From assembly GCA_002189035.1 (NCBI GenBank), contig NEEC01000002.1, positions 5,828,001-5,892,000 on the forward strand: 64,000 nt of DNA, read 5' to 3'. Shown here in pieces: positions 1-12,932 of the stretch; the first letter of the stretch is position 1, and every line of letters begins with the position of its first letter. The stretch comes from Utricularia gibba. Its lineage: Eukaryota; Plantae; Magnoliophyta. The translations under genes were made by a program, and so were the position numbers. The notes under the pieces were generated by a model. That model was not told where the DNA came from. It was given only the letters and a program-made list of their open reading frames with translations, and made no database searches.

Positions 1-125
1 TTCTTGCACGCATGACACAAATCAATAATTGGCTTTGCTTGTGTAGATGCCGACCCAGAAGCTTCAGCGGAGGATTTGGAGTTTGATTTGTTTTCCTTGC
101 TGCTTGTTTTGTTCTGCGACATCAT
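1..125 (-). CDS. FLZ: FLZ (FCS-like zinc finger) short-class gene, 5' part of exon 1; truncated by window edge
   Basis: Reverse strand reads MMSQNKTSSKENKSNSKSSAEASGSASTQAKPIIDLCHACK, nearly identical to the intact copy at 6085-6393 and including the first CxxC. Confidence 0.85.
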   Translation of the reverse strand, partial: MMSQNKTSSKENKSNSKSSAEASGSASTQAKPIIDLCHACK

Positions 126-563
126 GGTGATTGTGTAGTATGTAATAATGTTATATAGAGATTAGTATTATATATACACATCAGAATGGAGTAATTACTT
201 CTGCCTTTTTATTCCTTTATAGAATAAAATAATGGAAATTGGATTTTGTTACAATAACTTAAATAATTAACGTGTGAAAAATTAACATACATTCATATGA
301 CACGCCTTCTCTAATGGAAAAAGTTGTAAAACTGTGAGAAAATGATTTTAATAAAAACTAATAGTAGCGTATAAATATAATGAGTGTATGAATATATGAT
401 GTACAACTGTAAAGATTAACATAATACAAAAAAAGTTTATAATCTATGTACATTTATTAAAACAATTATATTTATAATAATAAGTGATATTTCAATGATA
501 AATATAAAACAAAAATTAGTATTTAAAATATTTAAATGATTAATGATATTAGAAATTAAAATC

Positions 564-1057
564 TGATGGGATATAAATCAGTTGGGGATGATCGGATTTT
601 AAAAGGCTTCCAAAAGGAGCTCTGACAGGATAACACCAGTCAGCAACCGATATGTGTCAGAGATTTGACAGCGATGACCGTATGACAGGAATAGGCAGCC
701 GATGTTTGAAAAGCAGGGTCGCATAGCAGGTCCAAAAGTAACCGACACGAGGTGAAGAATCGGCTAGACTGGCCTCCTCTATAAATAAAAGGAATCATGA
801 CAGGAGAAGGGATTGGATCCCTAGCCTCCCAATTTGTACCAATCTGTATCTTTCTCCATCATCTCCGTTTAGTAAACATTTTCTCCAGCGAGTTCCGACA
901 GCTCCGTGGTTTTTCAGCCTCACGGTGGTTTTCCGTTAAAAATCCCCGCCTACTTCTATGTTATCCAATCAAACTGAACAGACAGCAAAAAGGACACAAT
1001 ACCACCCGCAACCCGAAAAGTCGGCCCAATCCTGCATATCAATTTTCATCCGTAAAA
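564..1057 (+). mobile_element. Solo-LTR-like insertion (494 bp) with 5-bp target-site duplication AAATC
   Basis: Absent from the paralogous empty site at about 6830 (attaaaatc|aaaattgg). Flanked by AAATC at 559-563 and 1058-1062, starts TG, has an internal TATA (ctataaataaaagg, about 779-792) and is GC-richer than its flanks. The 3' end lacks a clean CA. Confidence 0.7.
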
Positions 1058-2929
1058 AAATCAAAATTAGTTAATCGATTGATATTATGCATAATGGCAA
1101 ACAATTCAAACTAGAATCATAGTTTAAGTTTTTGTACCATTCTCAATTTAAAACGAAAACTGAACAAAAACAAGTCAATTTGTCAATTTTGGATCCAATG
1201 GAATCAATGGTTCGAATCCACAAACTATCATTTCAAACACCCACGTGATCCGTTGTGAGTATCTAAAAAAACTTAAAGAAATGATGTTGTGAATACATGA
1301 AACATTTTTCGCAGTGTATGCATACATACATAACAATCATTATAAGTACATAAAAAAAACTTCGAAAAATATTGTGTTTATCAGATATCCACAATGGTTC
1401 ATATGAATATATTGAAAATATAAATATTTTTTGGAATATTTTCATACACGCAAAAAAGAGATTATGGATGATTGAAAATAGAATTTTTATTTTTAAATTA
1501 ATTTTTAATAATTAAAACCATGGTTTGAATTAAACCATATGGTTCAATTATGATTTTAGTTCCGGTTTGGTTCAAGTTTAATGATTTCGATTTTAAACTG
1601 AAACCATAACTAAATTAAAAAAAAATTAATTTGATTATTTTCTACAAAAAGATATTGACTTTAACATTAAAGGCATTTAAAGAATTTAATATTTTAAATG
1701 ATGACGTTCGTGCCGATTCTCTTTCGACATTGCATTCAATTTCAAAAAATCCAACATCCGAGAAATTTGATTAGCAAACCGTATGTATTATTTACTATTA
1801 CATTATTCGAAATAGAATTTTATAAAAGAAATAAGAGAATTTTTATTAATATATGAATGTTAAAAAAACATATAATTAAAAATTGAATATTCAAATGATA
1901 TGCATCTATATTATTATATATCCAATATTTAATATGTGGATCAAAAATAAATTTTGGTTTTGTTTGTTAAAATAGTGTGGACATGTAGGCAATGAGGGAA
2001 ATGAAATAGGAATTGAGGCTATGCTGCAAAAGTTATTTTAAAATTGATTTTAATAAAAAAATTTTTGGATAAAATAAGAATTGACATATACTTAGAAGTA
2101 TTTTTTTAGAATAATTATTACATAATGAATTCATATTTGATTTGTAAAAAAATAAGATTTGATTTCAACAATTAAATGATATACTTCTAAATAATTATTG
2201 ATAATTATATTTTACAAATTTAAAACATATATTTATATTTCATTTATATTATAAAATTATTATATTATTTTTTAATTATAATTGATGTTTAATTTAATTT
2301 AAACATTTTTATATTAAAATTATAATTTTAAATTAAATTAATTAATTATTGATAATAGTATTAATTATAACTATTTATAAATAAATAGATATAACTATAA
2401 TTTTAATTTTAAGAACACTTTTCAAAAATCAATTTTTAGAAAGAAGTTATCATTTGATGTTTTTAATAGAATATAAATGATTTTTAAAAATTAAATTTAA
2501 TAATGTTCAAAATATGGAAAAATTCTATCAAAATAGTTTTGATTCTATGGATTTCAAAACATTGATTGAGAATGGTTTGTCATCCCCAAGTTGGATATTG
2601 CTCCCAATGAAGTCTTTGCATTAAACTCGTGTATCATTTTCAACGTTTTGATATTTTGAAAAGTTGTTTTCTGATTCTATATATTTTAACCTCTCTCTGA
2701 CTGATTTTGGAACCTTTCAAACTCAGCTTGATCAATCTCAATTTTGATGGGTATTTCACATAACTCAAGTTACAAGTTAAGGTGATCATCATACTAACAT
2801 AGGAATAAATAATAATGTTCTTATTGAATAATGGGCAAATAATTGTTGTATAATTGAGTACACGAAGTAATTTGTGTATATACAAAAGATGCTATCTATT
2901 AACGTTTTGAAATCAAACATAAAAAATGC

Positions 2930-3225
2930 AATAATTCCAAGGCCATATAATATGAATAATATTTACTACTATGGAATCTTTGATTCTTGCAAACCAATAC
3001 ATCTATATTCAGTACCTTGTTTCCTTTATCTAGACAAAAAATGCATGAAATATAGCATTTGAGTCCAGCCCGCTAACTGGTATATGAAGGGACTTCAACC
3101 ACTGCTTTTCAATTGCATGTATGGAATATATAAAGAAGAGAGTTTCTAGAATTAGATGCAGTAGCTTTGAATAAAGATTTTGAATTTGATGTACTTTTTT
3201 TGCTGGTTGGCTTGTTCTCCGACAT
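2930..3225 (-). pseudogene. FLZ: FLZ short-class pseudogene (paralog of 17306-17587)
   Basis: MSENKPTSKKSTSNSKSLFKATASNSRNSLLYIFHTCN*: first Cys TGC>TTC, in-frame TGA, an indel and degenerate splice sites. An exon-2 remnant aligns with the 17.3 kb copy. Confidence 0.8.
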
Positions 3226-3719
3226 AGTTGCGTGATATTTTGTTAATTATAATATTATTTATAAATACGAGACAAGAAACAAGAAGGAACATAATTGATA
3301 TTTAGCTGCCCATGGTCTATAAGTTCTGGCCAACAATAGTATGAGTGTTATGAATAATATTTGCATTGAAAAAAAAAAAAGAGGAGAGAATAACATATTT
3401 TTCTAGAGTAGAGAGAAACCAAAAAAAAGACAAAAACAAAACCAAAACCGAAGAGGAGAAAGGCGACGATTCACAAGTAGATTTCAGTTTGGAATTCTTA
3501 CAGCACTAAATCTAGTTCCGAGATACTGTTTCGTGCTGAAAACAATAGCTACGGAGCATTAAGAACTAAACTTGACTTTTTTTATCTATTGTAAACGTTT
3601 TATGTTTATTGTTTTATTTTCAAATTTATGACCACTAATATAATTCAATTTTTAATTTTTGAAGTACTGATTTTGTTTTTCATCTTGAATAGTTAAATTT
3701 ATGGATGACTTAAGGTATG

Positions 3720-5640
3720 AAAAAATGATATTTAGGTGGTCTGCAGTCAAATGATCATATATTCAATAATTTTGAAAGGGATATTAAAAAAAATGTAAAT
3801 GATTTTGTTTACAAATATAGCATATTAGTATGAATGAACCACAAACACACAGCAAAATGTTACTGTCAAAAGGTTGAATCGGAGTTTATTCTTACAAAAG
3901 AATATCAAATTATGATTAAATTATAGTTGAATTATGATGAAACGATGATTGAATCACTATTGATCGAAACATATTGTTCGAAAATAAAGTATTCATGTGA
4001 GTTCATTAAGAATTTCGATCAAAATATATTACTTCTCCTATTATGCCTAACTTAGATTACTTCTTACAATGATCTCTTTATACTAGACTCATGTACATTT
4101 TTTCAACATAATCCTTTTGATATTTCTAGACCTAGTTTTTCAAACTCATGATCCACATCTTCTTTGTACGATATTGTATGTTTCGAATAGTCAATCATTA
4201 CGATTTTATGTTTTTCTCTTTCAGAAAAAAACAATTCATCTAAATTAATAAATATATCTCTATTTAAGTACATATTCTCCGTCGCATATAATCAATGTAG
4301 GATATTATCATTAGGCATTTAATCTTATATTAATTCCATCTTAAACCTACATGCATTCGGATATGACTATGATACTAAATACTTCCTCAAAACTACAAGT
4401 TAAGGTGATCATCATACAACTATAGAAACTTATAATATTGCTCATATTAAATATTAGTAAGATAATTATAGTTTAAGGTACACTTGGTAATTTGTATATC
4501 TACATAAGGTACTATAGATCAAACCTATGAAATCAATTATCCTTTCACAATAAAATAAGCCTTACAACATTTATTGCAGCAAAATCTATAACCTATTGCA
4601 GCAAAATCTATAACCCCTGCAAACCAAACAATTCTATTTAGTACCATGTTTACTTTGTTTATAAGAAAGAAAACATGAAAGGTATCATTTCATTGCACCC
4701 CACTTACTTGTATATGTGGATATCATCATAAGGGCGGATTTTCATCTTGCACCCATGGCACAAATCAACAATTGGCTTTGTTTGTTTAGACTCAGACCCA
4801 GACCCAGACCCAGAAGCTTCAGTTGAGGATTTGGAATCTGATTTTTTTTCCTTGTTGCTTGTTTTGTTCTGCGACATCATTGTGATTGTGCAGTGTGATG
4901 ATGTTCTATAGAATTTAATGTTATATATAGATAAAAAAAATAGAGTGTTCTCTTCTATCTTTTTAATCTTTTTTAATTAATATAATGAAATATTAGAAAT
5001 TGTATTTGCGATAATAACTTGAAGTATGAAAAATTAACAGCATTCATATGATAAATTTTCTTTAACCGAAAAAATAATAAAAACATGAATAGTATTGTGC
5101 AAATAAAATGAGTGTAGGAATATTTGATGTACAATCACAAAGATTAACATAATGCAAAAAACTTTACAATATATAACCTACATAGTTATTTATATTAAAA
5201 ACAGTTATATTTGTAATGGCAAGTGATATTTTAAATTTATATTTAAAATATTTAAATGATTAATGATTTTCACAATATGACATTAAAATCGAAATTGGTT
5301 AATCGATTAACATTAAGTAGAGAACAATCAAGTGAGTTAGTAGATTTATTAGTATTAATTATCATAATTTAGAAAAATGGGTATAATCGTAATTTCATTC
5401 TTAATTTTCATATAAATGCTATTATATATTGATTTTTCAAAATTCAATTTTTCTAAAATATTAATTTTCATTAAAATAGAATTTGATATATATTTCAAAG
5501 AAAAAAAGTAATTCTATTAGAATAAAAGTGATATTAAAGACTTCCAAACATTCATTTAGTCGATTTTGATGGAGTTTTATAGTTATTTATTATGTATTAT
5601 TATGTGTTAATTATATATTAAATCGTTCAATTAGAAATTA
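3720..5640. repeat. Segmental duplication unit, paralogous to about 12080-13950
   Basis: Long collinear similarity (e.g. tgcagtcaaatgatcatatattcaataattt and cctaacttagattacttcttacaat) spanning the FLZ copies at 4.5-4.9 kb and 12.9-13.2 kb. Boundaries approximate. Confidence 0.85.
4537..4880 (-). pseudogene. FLZ: FLZ short-class gene disrupted by a 22-nt tandem duplication in exon 2
   Basis: Exon 1 4880-4708 (MMSQNKTSNKEKKSDSKSSTEASGSGSGSESKQTKPIVDLCHGCKMKIRPYDDIHIYK), GT-AG intron, exon 2 from 4616 reads GYRFCCNRL* (stop 4586-4588). Removing one 22-nt copy restores GYRFCCNKCCKAYFIVKG* ending at 4537. Confidence 0.8.
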
Positions 5641-6084
5641 TATTGATAATTAATTTATTTTCCTTAGAAAAATTCGATTTTCCTATTTTGTATATATTTT
5701 CTGTTTTTTTTTCGTGCTCTTTGACCGAAACATGTCATGAGACTGTCGTGTAGTGTTGCAGTAGATCAGACTTTGACTTTTCGTATATTATATATATTCG
5801 TAATCAATGTGAGATATTGTCATTAAATCTTTGAACTTACATTATCTCCTTTTAAACGCTCAATATTTTTGCTATGTGGCCTTGTCTCACCCATTAGCAT
5901 GCATTCACATTTGGCTATAATGCTAAATGTACTCTCAAAACTACAAGTTAAGTCAATCATTATACTACTGTAGAAGTTTATAATATTGCTCATATCGAAT
6001 AATAGTAAGATAATTATAATTTAAGATACACCCATTAATTTATGTATCTACACAAGGTTCTATGTATCAAGACTATGAAATCAA

Positions 6085-6393
6085 TCATCGTTCCAACATA
6101 AGATAATTTTTGCGACATTTATTAGAACAGAATTTGTAATTCCTGCGAATCAAATATCTCCAGTTAGTTCCCTGTTTATTTGATCTATATAAAAAAATAA
6201 GAATAAAAGATATCATTTCAATGCACCTCACTTACTTGAATATATGGGTATCACAAGAATAGCGGATTTGCTTCTTGCACGCATGGCACAAATCAACAAT
6301 TGGGTTTGTTTGTGTAGATGCAGACCCAGAAGATTCGGCTGAGGATTTGGAGTTTGATTTCTTTTCATTGCTACTTGTTTTGTTCTGCGACAT
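6085..6393 (-). CDS. FLZ: FLZ short-class microprotein, 71 aa, intact; join(6393..6236, 6142..6085)
   Basis: MSQNKTSSNEKKSNSKSSAESSGSASTQTNPIVDLCHACKKQIRYSCDTHIFKNYKFCSNKCRKNYLMLER*. Fits C-X2-C-X17-FCS-X2-C; canonical phase-2 GT-AG intron. Confidence 0.85.
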
Positions 6394-8820
6394 GGTTGTG
6401 ATTATAGTATGTAATAATGTTCTATATAATTTAGTATTATATATAGATATCAGAATGGAGTACTTCCTTCGGTCTTTTTATTTCTTTATAGAATAAAATA
6501 ATGGAAATTGGATTTTGTTACAATAACTTGAATAATTATCGTGTGAAAAATTAATAGGCATTCATATGACAAATCTTCTCTAACAGAAAAAAATGTAAAA
6601 CTTTGAGAAAACGACTTTAATAAAAACGAATAGTAGCGGATAAATAAAATGAGTGTATGATGATATACAACCGTAAAGATTAACATAATACAAAAAAAGT
6701 TTACAATATATATGTACATTTATTAAAACAATTATATTTATAATAATAAGTTATATTTAAATGATAAATATAAAACAGAAATTAGTATTCAAAATTTTTA
6801 AATGATTAATGATTTTCAAAATTAGAAATTAAAATCAAAATTGGCTAATCGATTGATATTTATGCATAATTGTAGTCAATTCAAATTGTAATCTCAGTTT
6901 AAGTTTTTGTATGGTTCCCATTCTATAACCAAAACTGTACAAATTCAGATGGGTTTGTCATTTTTGGATGAGATGGAATCAATGGTTTGAAGTCGCAAAC
7001 TGTCATTTTAGACATCCAGATGATTCGTTGTGGGTGTCTACAAAAACTTAAAGAAACGCTGTTATGAATGCATGTAAAAAGTCAACATTTTTTGCAGCGT
7101 ATGTAGACATACAAAACAATCGTTATGGATACTTAAAAAAACTTTAAAAAATATTGTGTTTATCATACATTCACAATGATTCATAGGAATGTGTTGAAAA
7201 TATAAAATATTTTTTGGAGTGTTTCAAGACACCCATAAAAGATATTATGTATGCTTGAAAATAGAATTTTTATTTTTAAATTATTTTTTTATAATTAACA
7301 CCGTGGTTTTAATTAAACCATACTGTTCAATTCTGATTTTAGTTTCGATTTGGTTCAAGGTTCATAATTTCGATTTCAAACTGAAACCATAACATAATTT
7401 GACATTGAACCGCATTTTATAATTGAGTTAGTCAATTTATTAATATTGACATTTATAACTGGACACAACACTATTATTAAGTAACCAAGGGTCAAGTGAG
7501 TTAGTCAATTTAGAGGGAGATTCTACAAAACTCGTTATGCATTAAGAAAAAAAAATAAATTTAATTTGATTATTTTCTATACAAAGATATTGACATTTAA
7601 CATTAAAGTCATTTAAAGAATTTAATATTTTAAATGATGACGTTAATGTTGATTCTCTTTCGACATTATGTTCAAGTTATTTCAAAAAATTCAACATCTA
7701 GGAAATTTGATTCAATTTCGTTGTGAATTTTGGTCATTTGATTAATTTTCTCTACATACGTATTTAATTTTATATGTTAAAGATAGAGACTTGATGTTAT
7801 AATATCATATATATTTTCATATATTCTTAACTGAATTTAGAGATAATCTAATAAATATATTATGTAATTTAACATTTTAAGATTGATAACATTTTGTTTG
7901 TCAAAATAGTGTGAACAAGTAGTGGTGGCAATGAGTGAATTTTAGGTTTCCAATATTGAAATGAAATAAGAATTGAGGCTATGCATGTAAAAATTATTTC
8001 AAAATTGATTTTAAAAAAAATGAAAATTTTGAAAAAAATTTCAATTGAAATATTCTTAGAATTATTTTTTTTAGAACAATTATTACATAATGAATTCATA
8101 TTTGAATTGTAAAAAAAAAATAAGAATTGATTTCACCAATTAAATGACATTTATATATAATTATTATTAATTATATTTTATAAATTAAAAAATATATTTT
8201 ATATGTCATTTGTATTACAAAATTATTATATTATTTTTTAATTATAATTGATGTTATTAATTTAATTTAAATATATTTATATTAAGATTTTAATTTAAAA
8301 TTAAAGTAATTAATTATTTATAATAGTATTAATTATAACTATTTATAAATGAATAGATATAACTATAATTTTAATTTTAATTTTAATAACACTTTTCAAA
8401 AATCAATTTTTAGAAAGAAGTTATCATTTGATGTTTTTAATAGAATCCAAATTATTTTTAAACACTAATTTTCATTAATTAAATTTAATATATGGAAAAA
8501 TATGGAAAAATTCTATGAAAATAGAATTGATTTTATGGATTTCAAAACATTGATAGGGAATGGTTTGTCATGTTGAAGTTGGATGTTGCTTCCAATGAAG
8601 TTTTTGCATTGAACTCATGAATCCTTTTCAACACCAACATTTTAATATTTTGGGATGTTGTTTTCTGATTTTATACATGTTAACCTCTATGTGAATGATT
8701 GGGAGTTTTCAAACACAACCTCATCAATCTCAATTTTGATCGGTATTCCACATAACTTAAGTTGATCATCATAGGAAGAAATAGTATTGCTTATATTGAA
8801 TAATGGACAAATTTTATATA

Positions 8821-8860
8821 TTCTTTGCTAGTTGGTTTGTTATGCGATATAGTTGCATGA
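8821..8860 (-). pseudogene. Remnant of an FLZ 5' end; most of the gene deleted
   Basis: ttctttgctagttggtttgttatgcgatatagttgcatga matches 3197-3235. It is joined directly to sequence matching the 3' flank (about 2840), so about 350 bp including the finger is missing. Confidence 0.6.
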
Positions 8861-10189
8861 TAATTTTATTCGTATTTTCAGATTATAAAATTACGATATT
8901 TGATGATAAAACAAGGTATTTTAATTGTGATTTTTAATATTTTTTAATTATAATATTATTTGTATTTTTATACATAATATAGATTAAATTAGATAGTATG
9001 ATTTTTAGTGTTCTTCTAAATATTCGTAATAGCATTATGAATAAAATTTAGCTAGTTTGTAAGCACAAGTCAATGGTCACAAAAAACAATAAGGAGCATG
9101 ATTGATATTCAATTGTCCATAGCCTATAGGTTCAAGTCAACAACAGTGTGGGTGTTAGTAATAGTATTTGAATTGAGAAAAAAAAGAGAAGAGAAGAGAA
9201 TAAGATATTTTTCTAGAATGGAGAGAAACCAAAAAAAGAGATGAAAACAAAATGAAAAACCGAAGAGGAGAAAGGATGTGATTCAGAAGGAGATTTCAAT
9301 TTAGAATTCTTTCACTAAATCTAGTTCTATGATAATGTTTCGTGATGAAAACAATAGCAACCGAGAATGAAGAGCTAAACTTGGATTTTTTATGCATTGT
9401 GAATGTTTTATGTTTATTTCTTTATGTTCGAATTTGTAACTATGAATATAACTCCATTTTTAGTTTATGTAGTAATGATTCTATTTTTCATCTCGAATAG
9501 TTAAATTTAGGAATGCTTTAAAGTGTGAAAAAGTGATGTAGTTTAGGGTTTATGAGATAATCTATCGTTATGTATATTAGATTTTGTTTCTAACATCTTT
9601 TGGGTAGACTCAGGGAGGGGGATGGGAACGAGCAGTGGCGTAGCTCGGAAGCTTAGTTTAAAGATATACCAACGAATTAAGATTAGGATAGTAGATATTA
9701 ATTCTAGGTAGAACAGAGTATACCTAATTTTACACATTTTGCATAGACATAAGTGTGAAATGAATGATGATATTAAAGATTGACTTACCAAAAATATAAG
9801 AAACAACTTGGTTACATTACATCGTTTAGAATAAGCATATAAATAAATTGCAAATTAGAATAGAAACTTGAACACCACATCATCTAAAATATTTTTAGGC
9901 ATCTTAGTATTATTTTATGTTTAAAACTTACATTTTTTATTTTTAGCATTGAGAATCGATTATACTTATTGAACTTCATTCTGTTGTTAACTTGATATTG
10001 GATTAAAAGTAGCGTTTATTTTAAAATCTTCGTCTCAAAAAATACATGACAAACACATACTCTTTGTGATCGACACCAAATTCCATTATACATTTTGTAT
10101 TGAATTTATTTTTGTAAGGATTAAGACTTATAAATTTAATTTGATATGAGAATTTATTTTTATGCAAGATATTAAATTCTGTATATTCA

Positions 10190-12420
10190 TATGATATGTT
10201 TTTTAACTGAAAAAGGCATATATCAACATTTGGTGTAATACCATAAAGATTAACACAATATAAAAAAGTTTAGAATATCATATCTACATTGTTATTCGTA
10301 TTAATAATAGTTATAGTTATAATAACAAGTGATATTTAAATAAAAATAATATTAATTTTGATTACTTGTTACAAAAAACATATTAACATTTAACTTTATT
10401 GTAAATAATTTATGTTTATAGTGCCCACACCCCATGTCATATTACATGTGATTTGTTTACACATCATGGGAATACTTCACATTCAACATTGTGATCCCAT
10501 TCATGTCAATGTTTGCATATCCCTATTAACTAAACCCCTCTCCAATTGCAGTACTTGGGAGATGTGGGTTAAATTGAATTTTGTTAAAATTAAGGATACA
10601 ATAGATAGAACAACCATATATATGATATCCAAACACACAAAAAATGTAGATTCCATTCTAAAAATTTGTGTTCAATTAATTAATAACAAAACACAAATAT
10701 ATTTCACAATATCAATTTAATTTTCTGAGATTTTTTAACTTGAATGTATTTCCTTGCTTTATTTTAATTGAGACTTACACCAATACGAATCTCTCTTTAC
10801 AAATCAAGTCATGCTTCAAGAGAGAATTTCATACCATGCTCAAATTAAGGTTCGATAGATTAAGCAAGTATACGTAAAACTCATGTAAACAAAATACATG
10901 GATCACCTGTTCCTTTACCAAAATCGGGTTGAGGTATTTGGTTCTATTATTTTCTACAAAATATATATATATAACAGTTGATTCTTCTATTTTGCACATA
11001 TTTTAAATAAGTTGATTCTGATAAGCAATTCTAATAACAGTTCTATAATTATTTTTATTTTATTCAGATTTGGCGGCGTTTTTTCAAAGCGGGGTCATCC
11101 ACCTGTTTATCCGATTCGTTCTGTGCGCCCGACGACATCATATTCTTGATTACTTCTTCATCAAGCACCAGTTGCGAATGGCGACATCGCAGGGAACAGA
11201 ACTCGCAGTCCCTGAAAAGCGAAACCGAACACATCTCAGGCCACCAGAACCCGTACATGAAGACATTCCCAGTTATTCAGTTACCTGTACATGAAGACAT
11301 CAGTGTTGGGTTCGAGATACTTCCTGCAGTAATGGCAGTACTGGAGAAACGTCTCAATGGTTAGCCCTCTGTATTGTTTCGTGACGGGGGCGATGAAGAA
11401 AATGCTGGAACGCGAAGATTTGTCTTCGCCCACTGCGTCAATCTTAGTCACTGGGTCCATGTCTGAGTGTCGTCCTCGCTGCATGAGTGTCTCTCTGTAT
11501 ATGTAGTTGAAGGTTGGGGCAAATGTTCAACGCTTCAGTGAAGACGATCTTATTCTTTGCCGTGAAGTTTAAAGCCCAAAGTCATGGGAAGTTTTTGAGG
11601 AACCGGAGATTGAAGCGATGTGGGAGGAGATGATTTGGTAATTACATCAAAGAATGAATTTAGGGGAAAGGGATTGAGATAATCGAAAAGGCAAAAATGG
11701 GTTTTGTGAATCATGCTAGCGGTTGCTTCTCTTTCGGCACAATTCCATGGGTGCTTGTGAACCTTTCGGTAGCACTCCCCAAATCTTGAACTATTGATAA
11801 TGTTGTGTGCTACATGAAATGTCGAAAATATTTTGAAAAATTCGATATTTGAAAAATCTGATTCCGTTCTTCTTATCAATGTATAAACTATAATGCGAAT
11901 TTGATAATCTAATATTCGATTCATATTGGAAAAGTATTCTTTTTTTTAATTTTTTTTTTGTATTTAAAAAAGTTGTGCATCAATTGTATATTTTCGAAAA
12001 AACATTATTCGTAATATGACATTATCGGATGCAGATTTTTTTTTTTAAAAAAAGAAAAGACAATATTATAGAAAATTGAAAATCAGATATTTAGGTGTTA
12101 TGCAGTCAAATGATCATATATTCAATAATTTCCGAAAGGGATATTAAAAAAATTAATATTCATAATTAATGGAAATGATTTTATTTACAAATATAAGATA
12201 TTAGTATGAATGAACCACAAACCCACAGCAAAATGCTATTGCCGAAAGGTTGAATCGGAATTTATTCATACGAAAGAATATCAAACTATGATTAAATTAT
12301 AGTTGAATTGTGATGCAACGATGATTGAATCACTATTGAAGAGTTATTTGTTTATTTTGATCGAAACATATTGTTCAAACATAAAGTATTCACGTTAGTT
12401 CATTAAGAATTTCGATCAAA
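10190..12420. repeat. Segmental duplication unit, paralogous to about 17830-20110
   Basis: 10190-11060 aligns with 17830-19100 and 12015-12420 with 19735-20110. The FLZ gene at 11064-11484 corresponds to the deleted remnant at 19648-19690. Boundaries approximate. Confidence 0.8.
11064..11484 (-). CDS. FLZ: FLZ long-class protein, 115 aa, intact; join(11484..11285, 11211..11064)
   Basis: ...ETFLQYCHYCRKYLEPNTDVFMYR|DCEFCSLRCRHSQLVLDEE...DDPALKKRRQI*. Matches the FLZ consensus FLxxCxxC...D(I/V)FMYR...FCSxxCRxxQ...DE; 73-nt GT-AG intron. Confidence 0.92.
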
Positions 12421-12932
12421 TTATATTACTTCTCCTATAATGCCTAACTTAGATTACTTCTTACAATTAGCTCTTTGTACTAAACTCATGTATATTTTTT
12501 CAACATAATCCTTTTAATATTTCTACACCTAGTTTTTCAAACTTACAATCCACATCTTCTTTGTACGATATTGTTTATTTCGATTAATCAATCTTTACGA
12601 TTTTATGTTCTTCTCTTTCAGGAAAAAAAAATCATGTAAATCTATAAACATATCTCTATTTAAATGCATATTCTCCGTCACATATAATCAATGTGGGATA
12701 TTATCATTAGGCATTTGATCTTACATTAATTCCATCTTAAATCTACATGCGTTCGGATATGACTATGATACTAAATACTTCCTCAAAACTACAAGTTAAG
12801 GTGACCATCATACAACTATAGAAAATTATAATATTGCTTATATTAAATATTAGTAAGATGATTATAGTTTATGGTACACTTGTCAATTTGTATATCTACA
12901 TAAGGTACTATAGATCAAACTTATGAAATCAA

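Larger units (their letters stand above)
123..3720. repeat. Segmental duplication unit, paralogous to about 6390-9540
   Basis: Collinear anchors by eye: 123-560 vs 6391-6835, 1063-2840 vs 6836-8815, 3290-3720 vs 9080-9535. Boundaries approximate. Confidence 0.85.

Noticed and set aside
797-1114. 105-aa ORF
   Set aside because: Lies within the LTR-like insertion and runs into its flank; no recognisable domain.
1209-1219. GGTTCGAATCC resembling a tRNA T-loop
   Set aside because: No cloverleaf or A-box context, and the paralogous site near 6987 reads ggtttgaagtc.
6275-6496. Plus-strand ORF MHAWHKSTIG...
   Set aside because: Antisense shadow of the FLZ gene on the minus strand.
9632-9660. CAGTGGCGTAGC resembling a hAT-type TIR
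   Set aside because: No matching inverted end or TSD found nearby.
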